From Mobula hypostoma (Eukaryota): a DNA stretch of 64,000 nt. A program made the position numbers and the translations under genes. Of this stretch, positions 37,827 to 52,089 are shown one piece after another. How positions within the stretch are numbered: the first letter of the stretch is position 1; every line of letters starts with the position of its first letter. Under the pieces are notes generated by a model. The model searched no databases and was not told the DNA's origin. It saw only the letters and a program-made list of their open reading frames with translations. Where the stretch lies: the NCBI RefSeq assembly GCF_963921235.1, contig NC_086108.1, forward strand, positions 57,972,001 through 58,036,000, read 5' to 3'.

Positions 37827-38530
37827 TTTCTATTCTGAGGTTGTGTCCATTGACCTTAGACTCTCCCACCATAGGAATCATTCTCTCCACATCCGCTCTA
37901 TCGAGGCTTTTCAATATTCGATAAGTTTCAATGAGATCCCCAACTCATTCTTCTGAATTCCTTTGGACACTCTTGAATTGTTAGCACATCCTTTCTTACA
38001 TAAGGTGTGCAATACTGCTCACAATATTCCAAGTGAGGCCTCACCAGGTGCCTTATAAAATCCTAACATTACAACCTTGCTTTTATATTCTAGTCCTCTC
38101 AAAATGAATGCCAACATTACATTTGCCTTCCTCACCACTGACTCAACCTGCAAATTAACCTTCAGGGAATCCTGCACAAGGACTCCTAAGTCCCTTTACA
38201 CCTCAGATTTTTTTGTATTTTCTCTCCATTTAGAAAACAGTCTGCACTTTCATTTCTTCTCCCAAAGTGCATGACCATACACTTCCTGAGCTATATTTCA
38301 TCAGCCACTTCTTTGCCCATTCTCCTGATCTAAATCCCGTTGTAGCTTCTTTGCTTCCTCAATACTACCTGCCCCTCCACCTACCTTCATATTGTTTGCA
38401 AATTTTGTGACAAATCCATCAATTCCATCATCCATTTTATTAACATATAATGTAAAAAGAAGTGGCCAGACACGGACCCCTGTGGAACACCACTAGTCAC
38501 TGGAAACCAACCAGAAAAGGCTCCCTTTAT

Positions 38531-39066
38531 AAGCAAGGGAAAACCTGAAGATGCTGGAAATCCAAGCAACATACACAAAATGCTGGAGGAACTCGGCAGG
38601 CCAGGCAGCATCTATGGAAAAGAGTACAGTCGACGTTTTGTGCCAAGACCCCTTATCAGGACTGGGAAAAGAGATTAACAGCCAGAGTAAGAAAGTGAGG
38701 GGGGGGGGTGATAGGTGAAACCGGAAAGTGGGGGAGAGGGTAAAGTAAAGGGCTGGAAAGTTGATTGGTAAAAGAGATATAAGGGCAGAAGAAGGGGGAA
38801 TCTGGTAGGAGAGGACAGAAGGCCATGGAAGAAAGAAAATGGAGAGGAGCACCAGAGGGAGGTGACAGGCAGATAAGGAGATAATATGAGAGGCAGAAAT
38901 AGGAATGGGGAATGGTAAAGGAGAGGTGGGGGGGCATTACCAGAAGTTCAAGAAATCGATGTTCATGCCATCAGGTTGGAGGCTACCCAGGCGGAATACA
39001 AGGTGTTGCCCCTCCAAACCGAGTGTGGCCTCATCATGACAGTAGATAAGGCCATGGCCTGACATG
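38531..39066 (-). mobile_element. PLE 3' end with tail and decayed HHR
   Basis: 9-bp TSD tccctttat (38522-38530, 39067-39075); HHR-like motif at 38627-38664. Confidence 0.8.
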
Positions 39067-41949
39067 TCCCTTTATTCCTGCACTTTGCATCCTGCCAATC
39101 AGCCACTGCTTGATTCATGCCAATACCTTTCCTGTAATACCATGGGCTCCTAACTTGTTAAGCAGCCTTGTGTGGCACCTTGTCAAGAGCCTTCTGAAGA
39201 TCCAAGTACGCAACATCCATTGATTCCCCTTTGCCTATCCTGCTTGTTAATTCTACAAAGAATTCCAACAGATGTGTCAGGTGAGATTTTCCCTTAAGGA
39301 AACCATACTGACTTTGGTCTAGTTTCTCATGTTCCTCAAAGAAACCTGAAACCACATCCTTAACAATCGACTCTAATATATTCCCAACAACTGAGGTCAG
39401 ACTAGTTAGCCTATAATTTCCTTTCTTCAGCCTCTCTCTCCCTTCTTGGAGTGACATTTGCAATTTTCTAGCCCTCCAGAACCATGCCAGAATCCATTGG
39501 GTCTTGAAAGATCATTGCTAATGCATCCACAGTCTCTTTAACCATCTCTTAAGGAACTCTGGGGTGTAGACCAACTGGTCCAAGTAACTTATCTAACTTC
39601 AGACCTTTCAGTTTCCCGAGAACCTTCTCCCTAGTAATGGCAACTTCACTTTCTTCTCCTCCCAACACTTTCAAACTACCAGAATACTGCTTGTGTCTTC
39701 CACAGTGAAGCCTGATGCTAAATATTTACTCAGTTCATCTGCCATTTCCTTGTCCGCCATTACTACCTCTCCAGTATTGTTTTCTAGTGGTCTAATATCT
39801 ACTCTTGCCTCTCATTTACACTTCAAATATTGTAAGAAACTTTTGGTATGCTCTTTAATGTTATTGGCTAGCTTACCTTTGTATTCCATCCTTTCCTTCT
39901 TTAAGACCTTTTTAATTGTCTTCTGTTGGTTTTTAAAAACTTCCTAATCCTCCACCTTCCCAGTAATTTTTGTTCGATTATATGCTCCCTCTTTGTCTTT
40001 TATTGTCAGCCCCAGTTGCATCATGTAGCCTTTTGAATACTACTTCTACTTTGGGATGTATCTATTCTGTGCCTTCCAAATTTCTCCAAAAAACTCCAGC
40101 CATTGCTACTCTGTTGCCATTTCTGATAATGTTCCCTCCAATCAATTTTGGCCAGCTCCTCTCACAACCCTCTGATATTCCCTTTACTCCACTCTAATAC
40201 TGATACATTTGACTTTAGCTTCTCCTTCACAGATTGCAGGGTGAATTCAATCACATTATGATCACTGGCACCAAAGTGTTCCTTTACCTTAAGCTCACCA
40301 ATCAATTCTGGTTGATTGCACAGCACCCAATCCAGAATAGCTGATTCCCTCGTGGGCTCAATCACAACGTTCTCTAAAAAGACATTTTATGGGCATTCTA
40401 CAAATTCCCCCTTGTGGGACCAAGCACAAAACTGATTTTCCTAATCAAACTGCATATTGAAATCCCCATGACTATTGTAACATTGCCGTTTTAGCATGCA
40501 TTTTCTATCTCTCATTGTAATTTGTAGACCATATCTTTTCTACTAATTGGAAGTCTGTGTATAACTCTCATCAGGGTCTTTTTACCCTAGCAGCTTCTTA
40601 CCTTTACCAACAACAATTCTATACCTTCCAAACCTACATCACCTCTTCCTAATGATTTTATTTCAATTTTTACTAACAGAGCCAGCCACATTCTTTGCCT
40701 ACCTGCCTGTCCTTTCAATACAATGTGTATCCTTGGACGTGAAGCTCCCAGCCACAACTCTTTCAGTCACGAATTAGTCCCACGTCATACTTGCCAATCT
40801 GTAACCGTGCTATAAGTTTATTTACCTTATTCTGTATGCTCCATGCATTCAGGACCTTCAGTCCTGTATTCATCCCCCCTTTTCAATTTTGTTCCCCTTT
40901 TACATTGCAACTCATCCTGTTGACTGCAACTTTGCCCTATCATCAGCCTCTCCTTGCTAGCAGTCTCATTATACACTGCCTCAGTTGTTAAACTAATTAC
41001 CCCATCCTCAGCACTATCACTCTGGTTCCCATCCCTTGCCAAATTAGTTTAAACCCACCTGAACAGTTCCAGTAAACCTGCCCACAAGGATATGGGACCC
41101 CTCAGGTTCTGGTGTAACCCATCCCTTTTGTACAGATTGTATCTTCCCCAGAACAGAGCCCGATGATTCATAAATCTGAACCCCTGTCCCCTGCACCAGT
41201 TCCTCAGCCACACATTCATCTGCCAAAACATCCTATTCTTACCCTTACTGGCTCATGGCACTGGCAGCAATCCAGAAATTACTACTTTGTACTTAACTTT
41301 ATTGTCGCCAAACAATTGATACTAGAGCATACAATCATCACAGCGGTATTTGATTCTGCGCTTCGCGCTCCCTGGAGTACAAATCGACAGTAAATAGTAA
41401 GATCCCGGAGGTCCTACTTTTCAGCTTGCCACCTAACTCCCTAAAATCTCTCTTCAGGTCCTCCTCACCTTTCCTACCTAAGTCATTGGAATAAATATGT
41501 ACCAAGACTTCTGGCTGCTCGCCTTCCTCCTTTAGAATGCCATAGAACCAAATCAAGACATCCCTGACCCTGGCCCCTGGGAGGCAACAAACCTTCTAGG
41601 TGTCTCTGTTGTGGTTCTATTCCTCTAACTATGGAATCTTCTATCACTACTGCAGTCCTCTTCACCTCTCTTCTCTTCTCTTCTGAGCCACAGCACCAGA
41701 CTCAGTGCCAGAGAGCTGGCCATTGCAGCTCCCCCTGGTAGGCCGTCTTCCTCAGTAGTATCTAAATTGGTAAACATTATAGAGGGGAATGGACACAGAG
41801 GTACACCACTCTGGCTACCTATTTCCCTTCCTTCTCCTGACAGTCACCCAGTTACCTGCCTCCTGCAAACTAGAGGTGTCTCCAATCTATGACATCATCA
41901 GTTTCCCATATGAGCCAAAGGTCATTAAGCTGCAGCTCCAGTTCTTCAA

Positions 41950-43545
41950 CATCTCAAGAACAAAAGAACAATTCTGAATGAGATTAGAGGTGGAATCGGA
42001 TGCACGTCAACTCTGGCAGTGTTTGCAGTCTATTACTTCCTATAAAGAAAAGCTTAACATCATGAGTGACAGTGATGCTTCACTTCCAGGTGAGCTCAAC
42101 AACTTTTATGCATGCTTTGAAAGGGAGAATAAAGCTACAACTCTGAGGATCCCTGCTGCACCTGGTGACCATCAGATCATCTTTCAAGAGGATGAGCCCT
42201 CACAAGGCAATAGGCCCTGATGGGTACCCGGTAAGGCTCTGAAAACCTGTGTTAACCAGCTGGCAGTTGTGTTCAGAGATATTTTCAATCTCTCATTGCT
42301 ACAGTTGGAAGTTTCCACTGGCTTCAAAAAGCCAACAATCACACCAGTGCTCAAGAAGAGCGGGATGAGCTGCCTCAACAACTATCATCCAGTCACACTC
42401 ACATGTACAGTGATGAAGTGCTTTGAGAGGTCGGTCATGGTGAGAATCAACTCATGTCTCAGTGAGGAACAGGACCCGCTGCAATTTGTCTATGGCCACA
42501 ATAGGACCACAGCGGATGCGACCTCATTGGCTCTTCATGCAACCTTAGATCACCTGAACAATATTAATACTTATGTCAGGCTGCTCTTTATTGACTACAG
42601 CTGAGCCTTTAACACAATCATTCCTAAAGGTCTGATTAAAAAGTTCCAAAATTTGGGCCTCTGTACCTTTCTCTTCCACTGGATCCTCGAGTTCCACACC
42701 GGAAGACAACGGTCTGTGTGGACCAAAAATAACATCTTCAATTTGCTGATAATCAGCACTGGTGTACCTCAAGGGTGTGTTCTTAGCCCACTGCTCTACT
42801 CTCTCTACATCCATGACTGTGTGGCTAGGCACAGTTCAAATGGCATCTATAAATTTGCTGACAATGCAACTATTATTGGCAGAATTTCAAATAAATACAA
42901 GAAAGTGTGCAGGAGCGAGATATATCACTAGTTGAGTGGTTTCACAACAACAACCTTGCACTCAACATCAGTCAGACTAAAGAACTGATTGGAGACTTTA
43001 GAAAGGGTAAGACGATGGAACACACCAGTCCTCATAGCGGGATCAGGAGTGGAAAGAGTGAGCAAGTTCTTGTGTTTCAACGTCTCTGAGGAACATCTCA
43101 ATAAAGTTACAAAGAAGGCATGACATCGGCTATATTTCATGCTGAGTTTGAGGAGATTTGGTATGTCATCAAAGACACTCACAAATTTCTACTAATGTAT
43201 CCTGGAGAGCATTCTAACTCTCCCACAGGATTGAAATAAGCTGCAGAAAGTTGTAAACTCAGTCAGCTCCATCATGGATACTAGCCTCCCCAGCATCCAG
43301 GATATCTTCAAGGATTGATACCTTAAAAATATTATATCCATTGTTGAGGAACCCTATCACCTAGGACATGCCCATTTCTCATTACTACCATCAGGGAGGA
43401 GGCACAGGAGCTTGACGGCACACACTCACTGATTCAGGAACAGCTTCTTCCTCTCTGCCATCAGGTTTCTGAATGGACATTGAACCCATGAAAAACTACC
43501 TCAATACTTTTTTTGTACTACTTATTTAATTTAACTTGTGAGTGT
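41950..43545 (+). mobile_element. Rex1/Babar LINE
   Basis: Peptides DARQLWQCLQSIT, FRDIFNLSL, YVRLLFIDYS, TGVPQGCVLSPLLYSL and KFADN. Confidence 0.85.
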
Positions 43546-43899
43546 GTGTGTGTATCCTCACTGCATTAACTGTACCCTAACAGATGAGGAATAAAAAATA
43601 ATAATAAGAAGAAAGAACTTACCAGATACTTACCCTGCCCAAATCTGATATCGCTGAAGCCTGATGAGCAAATCCACTCTAACACTGGCCCACTCGCACA
43701 GTGGCTGCTCCAACAATGGCCACTTCACTTGCCCCAGCCTTATTTTTGTTTGCCCTTTCTAATGAATCCAGTTCACTGATTGGGCACAGTCTAGCTTCAA
43801 AAACCAACGTGAAGCACTACCTTTTCTAATCTTCAACCATGAACCTGAAAGAAATTGCCGCTTCTCGTGTTCCTTCTCAATGGTTAGGCCTAGTCCAAC

Positions 43900-46580
43900 T
43901 CTAAGGCATTGATTTGTGGCATTGATTGGTGTTTTAAAAGAGGCCAATCACCGATCAGCATTGATTGGCAAGAAAAAGTGAAAAGAGGACCGTGGCAAGT
44001 AGAGCGGCTATTGTTGAAGTGCACAGTGTTAGAGTGGGGAATCTGAGGGTTTAGCTCTTTGAGGTTTCAGCAAGATGAGGCTTAAGTGACAGAAGGTGAA
44101 AGGCCGTAGGAATATTTTTCTCCATGGTTTATTTATTGTTGTCCTTCTTTAAACGTCAACTGTACCTCTTCCTATAGATGCTGCCTGGCCTGCTGTGTTC
44201 ACCAGCATCTTTTGTGTGTGTTGCTTGAAATTCCAGCATCTGCAGATTTCCTCATGTATGAGGGAGGAGTTGGCCAGAATTGATTGGAAAAGAACTCTGG
44301 CAGGGAGGATGGCAGAGCAACAACAGCTGGAATTGCTGGAAACAATTTGGAATGCATAGGATATACAGTATATATCCCAAAGAGGAAGAAGTATTCTAAA
44401 GGAAAGATGACACAACCATAGCTAACAAGAGAAGTCAAAGTGCACATAAAAGCCAAAGAGAGTGCATGTAATAGAGGAAAGATTAGTGGCAAGTTAGAGG
44501 ATTGAGAAGCTTTCAAATACCAACAGAAGACAACTAAAAAAGTCATTAAAAAGGTAAAAATGGAATACTCAAGTAAGCTAACCTATAGTTTTAAAGAGAA
44601 TATGAAAAGTTTATTCATATACATAAAGTGTAAAAGAGAGGTGAGATTGGATGTTGGACCACTGGAAGACAATGCTGGAGAGGTAGTAATGGGTTACAAT
44701 GAAATAGCATATGAGCTGAATAAGTATTTTGTATGAGTCTTCGCTATGGAAGATACTCAAAGTATGATGGAGGTTCCAGGTGTCAGGAAGCATGTAGTGC
44801 GTGGTTACCATAATTAGAGAGGAGGTTCTTGGGAAACTGAAAGGTCTGAAGGTAGATAAGTCACCTGAACCAGGTGGAGTACACTCCAGAGTTCTGAATG
44901 AGGTGGCTGAAGAGATCATGAAGGCATTAGTAATGATCTTTCAAGAATCACTAGATTCTTGAATGGTTCCAGAAGACTGGAAAATTACAAGTGTCACTCC
45001 ACTCTTCAAGAAGGGAAACTATAGGCCAGTTAGTATGACCTCAGTGGTTGGGACGATGTTGGATTCAATTATTAAGGATGAGGTCTCAGGATCCTTGGAG
45101 GCATGCGACAAAATAGGCCATAGTCAACATAGTTTCCTCAAGGGAAAAACTTGCCTGACAAATCTGTTAGAATTCTTTGATGAAGTAACAAGCAGGATAG
45201 ACAAAGGAGAATCAGTTGGTGTGTAATTGGATTTTCAGAAGGCGTTTGACCAAGTGCCACACATGAGGCTGCTTAACAAGATATATACCCATGGTATTAC
45301 AAGAAAGATTCTAGCATGAGTAAAGCAATGGTTGGTTGACAGGAGGCAAAGAGTGGGAATAAAGGGAGCTTTTCCAACTGGCTGCCAGTGACTAGACGTG
45401 TTCCACAGGGGTTTGTGTTGGGACTGATTCTTCTTTGGTTATTTGTCAATGATTTGGATAATGGAATAGATGGCTTTGTTGCAAAATTTGTAGTTGATAT
45501 GGAAATAACTGGAGGGGCAGGTAGTTTTGAGGAAGTAGCGAGGCTACAGAAGGACTTAGACAGAATAGGAGAAAAGACAAAAAATGGCAAGTGGAATACA
45601 ATATCAGGAAATATGCGGTCATGCACTTTGTTAGAAGAAATGAAAGGCTTGATTATTTTCAAAATGGAGAGAAAATACAAAAAACTGAGATGCAAAGGGA
45701 TTTGGGAGTTCTTGTGCAGGATTCCCGAAAGGTTAACTTGTACGTTGAATTTGTGGTGAGGAAGGCAAATGTGATGTTACCATTCATTTCAGTAGGACTA
45801 GAATATAAAAGCAAGGATGTAATGTTGAAACTTTATAAAGCACTGGTGAGGCCTCACTTGGAGTATTTGGGCCCCTTATCTGAGAAAGGATGTGCTGAAA
45901 CTGGAGCGAGTTCAAAGGAGGTTCACAAAAATGATTCCAGGATTGAATGGCTTGTCAATTGAAGAGCATCTGATGGCTCTGGGCCTGTATTCGCTAGAAT
46001 TCAAAAGAATGAGAGGTAACCTCATTGAAACCTGTCGAATGATCAAAGGCCTTGATAGAGTGGATGTGGGGAGGATGTTTCCTATGGTGGGAGAATCTAA
46101 GACCAGAGGACACAGCCTCAGAATAGAAGGGTGTCCATTTAGAATAGAGATGAGGAGGAATTTCTTTAGCCAAAGAGTGGTGAATCTATGGAATTCTTTG
46201 CCACAGGCAGCTGCAGAGGTCAAGTCTTTATGTATATTTAAAACTGAGGTTGATAGATATTGTGTGCAGTTTAAGTCACCTACCTACAGGAAAGATGTAA
46301 ATAAGGTTGAAAGAGTACAGAGAAAATTTACAAGGATGTTACTGGGACTGGAGGACTTGAGTTAAAAGGAAAGATTGAATTGGATAGGACTTTATTCCTC
46401 GGAGTGTGAAAGATTGAGGGGAGATTTGATAGATGTATACAAAGTAATGGGGGATGTAGGTGGGGTGTATGCCAACATGATCTGGGTGCAGGTTGATGGG
46501 AGTAGGCAGTTTAAATGGTTTAGAACAGACTACGTGGGCTGAAGGGCCTGCTTCTTTGCTGTACTTTTCTGTGCCTCTAA
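43900..46580 (+). mobile_element. CR1 copy: 5' UTR joined via a PLE tail (44150-44256) to ORF2, plus a second CR1 3' end (46258-46580)
   Basis: Peptides VPEDWKITSVTPLFKKG, VPQGFVLG, LYKALVRPHLEY and FFSQRVVNLWNSLP. Confidence 0.82.
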
Positions 46581-48544
46581 GGCAGTGTGGTATCATCTTT
46601 ACTGTTGTTGTCTATATGTGAAAGTTTTCTTTCTGCACATCATAGTTTTGATGCATCTGGATAGCTTGCAAGATGGTTAGAAGACTTGAGAGCTAACCAC
46701 CTGTCTGTCAGTCTAAAGTTACATGTAGCCCAGAGAGGCTTGGGGTGTTTGATGTGAACCTTGTAACTAGGTGATCATTTAATGATGCTACAAATTCAGT
46801 ACTGTAAGTTTCTGGTTAAGTACACAATATTGACTAATTTTAATATTTAATTCTACTTCTTGGGGATAATTTTTTAGGCAAATTGAAATCCTTCTTGAAA
46901 GGCCTCAAGTGAACCAGATGGCGATTTAAAGAAATTCTTAATAGTTTTGCAGTTACCATGTCTGTTACTAGTTTTGAATTTCAATTCTACAAAATTAAAC
47001 AATTTTTTTACTTATCATAGTAGATTTCAATTAGAAATCTACTAATATAACCCCTATGTTAAGATGTACCAAAATGAAAGCTATTTTCTTTTTGGTAGGG
47101 TAACTCTTTGGCTCCCTTTGGATGTTTTTGGAAAACCAAACTTTTCTTGTGCACTGTCCCATCAATATCTTACATTATCTCCTTAGCCTAGTCTAAGGGC
47201 ACTGGATGACAGATGTCATATGTCATACAGTTGACACTTCATCTTTTTTTTCTCAAAATGAACAAGAAATGGAGAGAATTGCTCATAGGCAGCTTGTTGT
47301 ACAACCGGTTGTAAAATGGGATAAAATTAGGAATTGGCAGGTGTTAAGGAAGAAAAGGCAAAGGTGAACAACAAAACTACAAAGGTTTCATTACATACAG
47401 GAAATAACTGCTACTTCCTACTTTGAACTGCAGATGTTTTTTTCATACTGATGTAATAAACTGAAAGTAAAGGAAACATAGAAAATTGAACGTTTGCATC
47501 ATTATGACGTATTCCCAGATTTAAATGTCTCAACATCCAAATGAATGGATGTTTCCTTGTACCTTTGAAAATGACAGCAGAAATTGGGCAGCTACTTAAG
47601 TTGGTAAGGGTGTGTTATTATAGACCTTTACTAGATTTTCAGCTTCTTTCTGCTCAAGTTGTAGCTCAAAATTACAAACGTTTGTAGAAGTATATTTGCA
47701 TACGTAGGCCCTTCACTCCTGAAAAATATTCTTCTTCCCAGGACTGGGTAATATAGACATAATCAGCAGAATGGCTGTTTTCTGTGATGTAATTTGCATT
47801 GATGTTTTAAGTGATTCTGAACAAAGCATGCCCTACATGTATTGAGAACATGTCTGTAAATTATCTTAGTTGCTTGGCTTGCACAAGTATGGCTGAGTTA
47901 TTTTCTCCAATCTGATTTCAGAGCAATGACTCATTCCACCTGACATCTAAGTAGTCTGGAGCTCAAATATGGGAGTATAGCTTAAAGCTGAGTTAAACAC
48001 AGATGTGTTTCTCCTGATTTTGTGTAGAAATCAATATGATCAGATGATCAAACCAAATAAATTAAGATTAAAGTAAAACAGGTCCTTGGCTTTAATCCAA
48101 GAAAATTTACATTACTTCATAATAGACCTCAATTATCCACCTTGATTTTTTATTCCTTGAATATTCAAGGTTTTCTGTGTGGAATTTGCAGTAAGGCAGG
48201 ATTAAAATGGTGTGCTAAGCGAACAGAGCACAGAGCTTTTTATGTGTGGATGTTCACTGAGGCAACATTCAAGATTGTAAAATGAGAGAAGCAGTGTGCA
48301 GACATAGTGCAGTCACCCAGGCTGAACATGGTGCATGAAGGGTTAACTCTAGTACAGCTTTTCTGTTCAAGTCTAGAGCAAAGGCCACCAAGCATACCAA
48401 GACAAGACAAAAATGCAAATGAAGGATTCTGGGGCAACTCTTATTACTGAACAGTTATCTTACTAATACTTAAGAATTATTGACCTTCAACTCATAGATT
48501 TTATTACTTATTAATACCTGAAACATGTATTATGATTGATAAAA

Positions 48545-48662
48545 CGTACCGTCGACATTTCAGCCTGAAACGTCAACTGTACTTTTTTCCATAGATGCTG
48601 CCTGGCCTGCTGAGTTCCTCCAGCATTTTGTGTGTGTTGCTCGGATTTCCAGCATATGCGGA
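48545..48662 (+). mobile_element. Short PLE 3' terminus (half HHR plus tail)
   Basis: gcctgaaacgtcaactg..catagatgctgcctggcctgctgagttcctccagc..gatttccagcat. Confidence 0.7.
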
Positions 48663-48974
48663 TAGGTACTTGAATATGCAAATGATGGGATTCAGCAGTG
48701 CACTAGGTTTCTATTAGATCAATATACAGTATGTGTCTAACTGGTCAACTTCTGTATAAAAATGACATTTCTTTGTTAAGACTTCAGAGTGTTTTGGTGA
48801 CAAGTAAATAAAGTGTGATTGAAGAACGAGAGCAAGTAGTCAGATTCTGGTATTATGCCAATACAAAAAACAGATTTGTGCTAATCTAAAGCCATTATTA
48901 AGTAAGAAAGGAATACAATTTGAGTGTTTCATGCTTTTCCAAGTAGGAAAATACTGCTATTGATAGTCTCTCGG

Positions 48975-51716
48975 TTGGGGGGAATGAAATACATAAGTTA
49001 CCACTATATGCTGATGATTTATTACTATATATCTCTAACCCTAAAAAATCTATTCCGGCAGTAATATCCTTGCTTGATCAGTTTAGTAATTTTTCTGGCT
49101 ACAAATTGAACCTTAATAAGAGTGAACTCTTCCCTTTAAATATGCAGGTTCCAATTTATAGATGTTCGCCACTCAGAATGGTTGCTGGTTATTTTACTTA
49201 CCTGGGTGTTAAAATTACTAAGAAATATAAGGATTTATTTAAGCATAATTTTTTACCTTTAATTGATCAGGTTAAACAATTGTTTATTAAATGGTCCCCA
49301 TTGTCTCTATCAATGCTTGGTCAAATTAAGATGATTGTCCGACCTAAATTTTTATACTTGTTTCAAGCATTACCAATTTTCATTTCTAAATCCTTTTTTG
49401 ATACTTTAGATTCTAAGATTTCTTCATATATATGGCAAAATAAAAATCCTAGGTTAAGTAAAAAATATTTACAGAAGTCTAAAAAGGATGGTGGTTTAGC
49501 ATTGCCGAATTTTAGATTTTACTATTGGGTAATTAATATTCGATATTTAATATTTTGGACACAAGATTTGGATATAACTTTAATCCCACAATGGGTAAAC
49601 CTGGAGTGTAAATCTGTACAAGGGTTTTCTCTGACTTCCATTTCAGAGATTGCTCTTCCATTTGTTCTTTCTAAATTAAATAAACAAATGGTTAATCCAA
49701 TAATTAAACATACACTATGAATATGGTTTCAATTTCGTAAATTTTTTGGTTTGAACCAATTTATTTTATCAAGTCCTATTATATCTAACTTTTTCTTTCA
49801 ACCATCTGTTGTAGATTAAGCTTTTTTGGTATGGAAAATGAAGGGTATATTAAGCTTTCGTGATTTATTTTTGGATAGCTGTTTTATGTCTTTTGAACGG
49901 TTATCTAATAAATATAATTTGCCTAGATCTCATTTTTTCAGATATTTACAAATTAGAAACTATTTAAATACTAAGTTACCTACATTTCCAACTTCATATC
50001 CATTTGGTATTAGGGAAAAAATTTTAGGTTTAAATCCCTATCAGAAGGGTTTAATAGTAGTCATTTATGATTTGATTATGAAAATAAATTCAGGTATATC
50101 TGATAAAATTAAGACTGAATGGGAAAGGGAACTTCTTCATATATCTACAGAAAAATGGGAAAACATTTTTTCAGTTAGTCAACCTGTCCTCTTTATGTGC
50201 TAAACATACATTGATACAATTTAAGGTGGTACATAGGCCTCATATATCTAAAGATAAATTAGCTCGTTTTTATTCTCATATAAGCCCTATTTGTGATAGA
50301 TGTCATTCTGAAGGAGCTTCCTTGACTCATATGTTCTGGTCTTGCCCTTTTTTGGATAAATATTGGAAAAATACCTTTGATATTATTTCTACGGTTTTGT
50401 GTATTGATTTACAGCCTCATCCCATTACTGCAATTTTTGGGTTACCAATGATGAAAGATAGTTACTTATTCCCTTCAGCCTGTCGGATGATTGCATTCCT
50501 TACATTAATGGCTAGGAGATCTATCTTACTGAATTCAGACATCCCACCCTGCAAAAACTCATTTCAGGGAGGTAGCACTATCAATTTGCGGGAGACTTCA
50601 GGAGAGGTGGGATGTCTGCAATAGAGTAGCTCCTTAGCAGCTGGCCAGCTAGTTTAAATAACGTTAGCTATGCTAATGAACGAATGACATCTGTTAAACT
50701 CACCTCAACACGTCTTTTACAGTTTTAACCCACCATGGGCAACAGAAAAGTCACTGTTGCAAACAGTGCAGTGAGCAACACTGTCATTATTTTGACCCCT
50801 ATTAGGCAGGGGTACACTTTAGGGTAGTCTGGGGTGACGTACGTTTTATATATTTTTTAGAACACTCTGCCATGGCGCGCTCTCGCTCACGCACTCTCTC
50901 TCTCTCTCTCTCTCGTGGTCGGTCACGCGCTCTCAAGCGCTCTCGCCTGCTTTCTCTCTCGCTCACACGCTCTCGCTTGCTTTCTCTCTTGCTCGCACGC
51001 TTGCTTGCTCTTGCTCTCTCACGCACACGCTCTCTCTCGTGGTCGCTCTCGCACTCTCTCTTGCCTTTTCTCGCTCGCTCTCAAAAAACTGATTTCTGTG
51101 ATATTGTATATAATTTGCGGGCATCAGGGAGCCACTATTAATATGCAGGAGACTCCCGGATCTTCCGGGAGAGGTGGGATGTCTGTGAATTGGAAAAAGG
51201 TCAATCCTCCTACTACATTTGAATGGTTTTCTCAAACTATATCTTGCTTAAATTTAGAGAAAATCACCTTTGATCCTTCGGTTAAATTTGAAGGAACTTG
51301 GAGACCATTTATTCAACATTTTCATATGATGTAGTTTGACCTTTTTTTGAATCCTTTTTTTAAACTAAAGATATACGGATAGAGGAGTGGAGTTAACGAC
51401 ATTAATGATTGTATCCAATGTAATACGTTAGCCGGACTTTGTTTTATTTTTGTTTAATTTAGTCTAGTTTTGCTTAGCTTAATTTAGTGTTTTTTTTCTT
51501 TTCTAGTTTGGGTTTTTTTCAAAGTTTTTTTTTCCATTTATCTTTTACCATGTTCAATTATATTTAGAGTTGGGGAGATCTAACATACTTGGACTATCAG
51601 CAACTTTATATTTGCAAATGTTAGCTATCAATAATGTAATCTCATTCTCTGTTTATCAATATTATTGTTATGTTTAAAATTTTGAAAATTAATAAAAAGA
51701 CTAGAAAAGAAAGAAA
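48975..51716 (+). mobile_element. L1-clade LINE, 5'-truncated, AT-rich
   Basis: Peptides LYADDLLL, FSGYKLNLNKS, YLGV, GGLALPNF and CDRC..LTHMFWSC. Tail aataaaaaga..(gaaa)n. 13-bp TSD gatag(t/c)ctctcgg (48962-48974, 51717-51729). Confidence 0.92.
50536..51185. mobile_element. MITE with 13-bp TIR cagacatcccacc and 6-bp TSD
   Basis: TSD tgaatt (50530-50535, 51186-51191); removing the insert restores the L1 frame SILLNWK. Internal (CT/CG) low-complexity tract at 50875-51085. Confidence 0.88.
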
Positions 51717-52089
51717 GATAGCCTCTCGGAAATCTTCCTCCTTCAATGTAGCTGCTGAAAGGGCTAAAGTTGTTGTCAATTGGTTTCAGAGTCCTCAAAT
51801 TATTTTGAATATTTTTGATTATTGAGTGTATATTTGAATCATTTTAAATGTTCATCTGTACTTTCAAAATGAACTTGTTGCAATTTCAGTATCTACAATA
51901 AAATAAAATATACTGTATATTCTGAAAACCTGATTTGTAACACCTCCCAGTCTTCAATAGTTTCTGGCCCAACCTCCATAAAGCTTTGATTTCTCTGTTG
52001 TCTAAAAATGTATCTACCTCTTGAATATACTCCTTGGCAGCTTGTTCAGCTTTCTTTAATAGAGACGTCAGAAGATTCCTGACCCTCTT

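Larger units (their letters stand above)
35780..43800 (-). mobile_element. Near full-length decayed CR1, host to nested PLEs and a Rex copy
   Basis: From the 3' end: RT (NYRLTSLTSVVG, YLDLQKALDKVPH), endonuclease (PTRESAILDWVL, ASDHNVIEF), ORF1 SGNH esterase (AVVIEDSIVRG, YKRDGLH), and 5' UTR-like sequence at 43560-43800. Confidence 0.8.
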
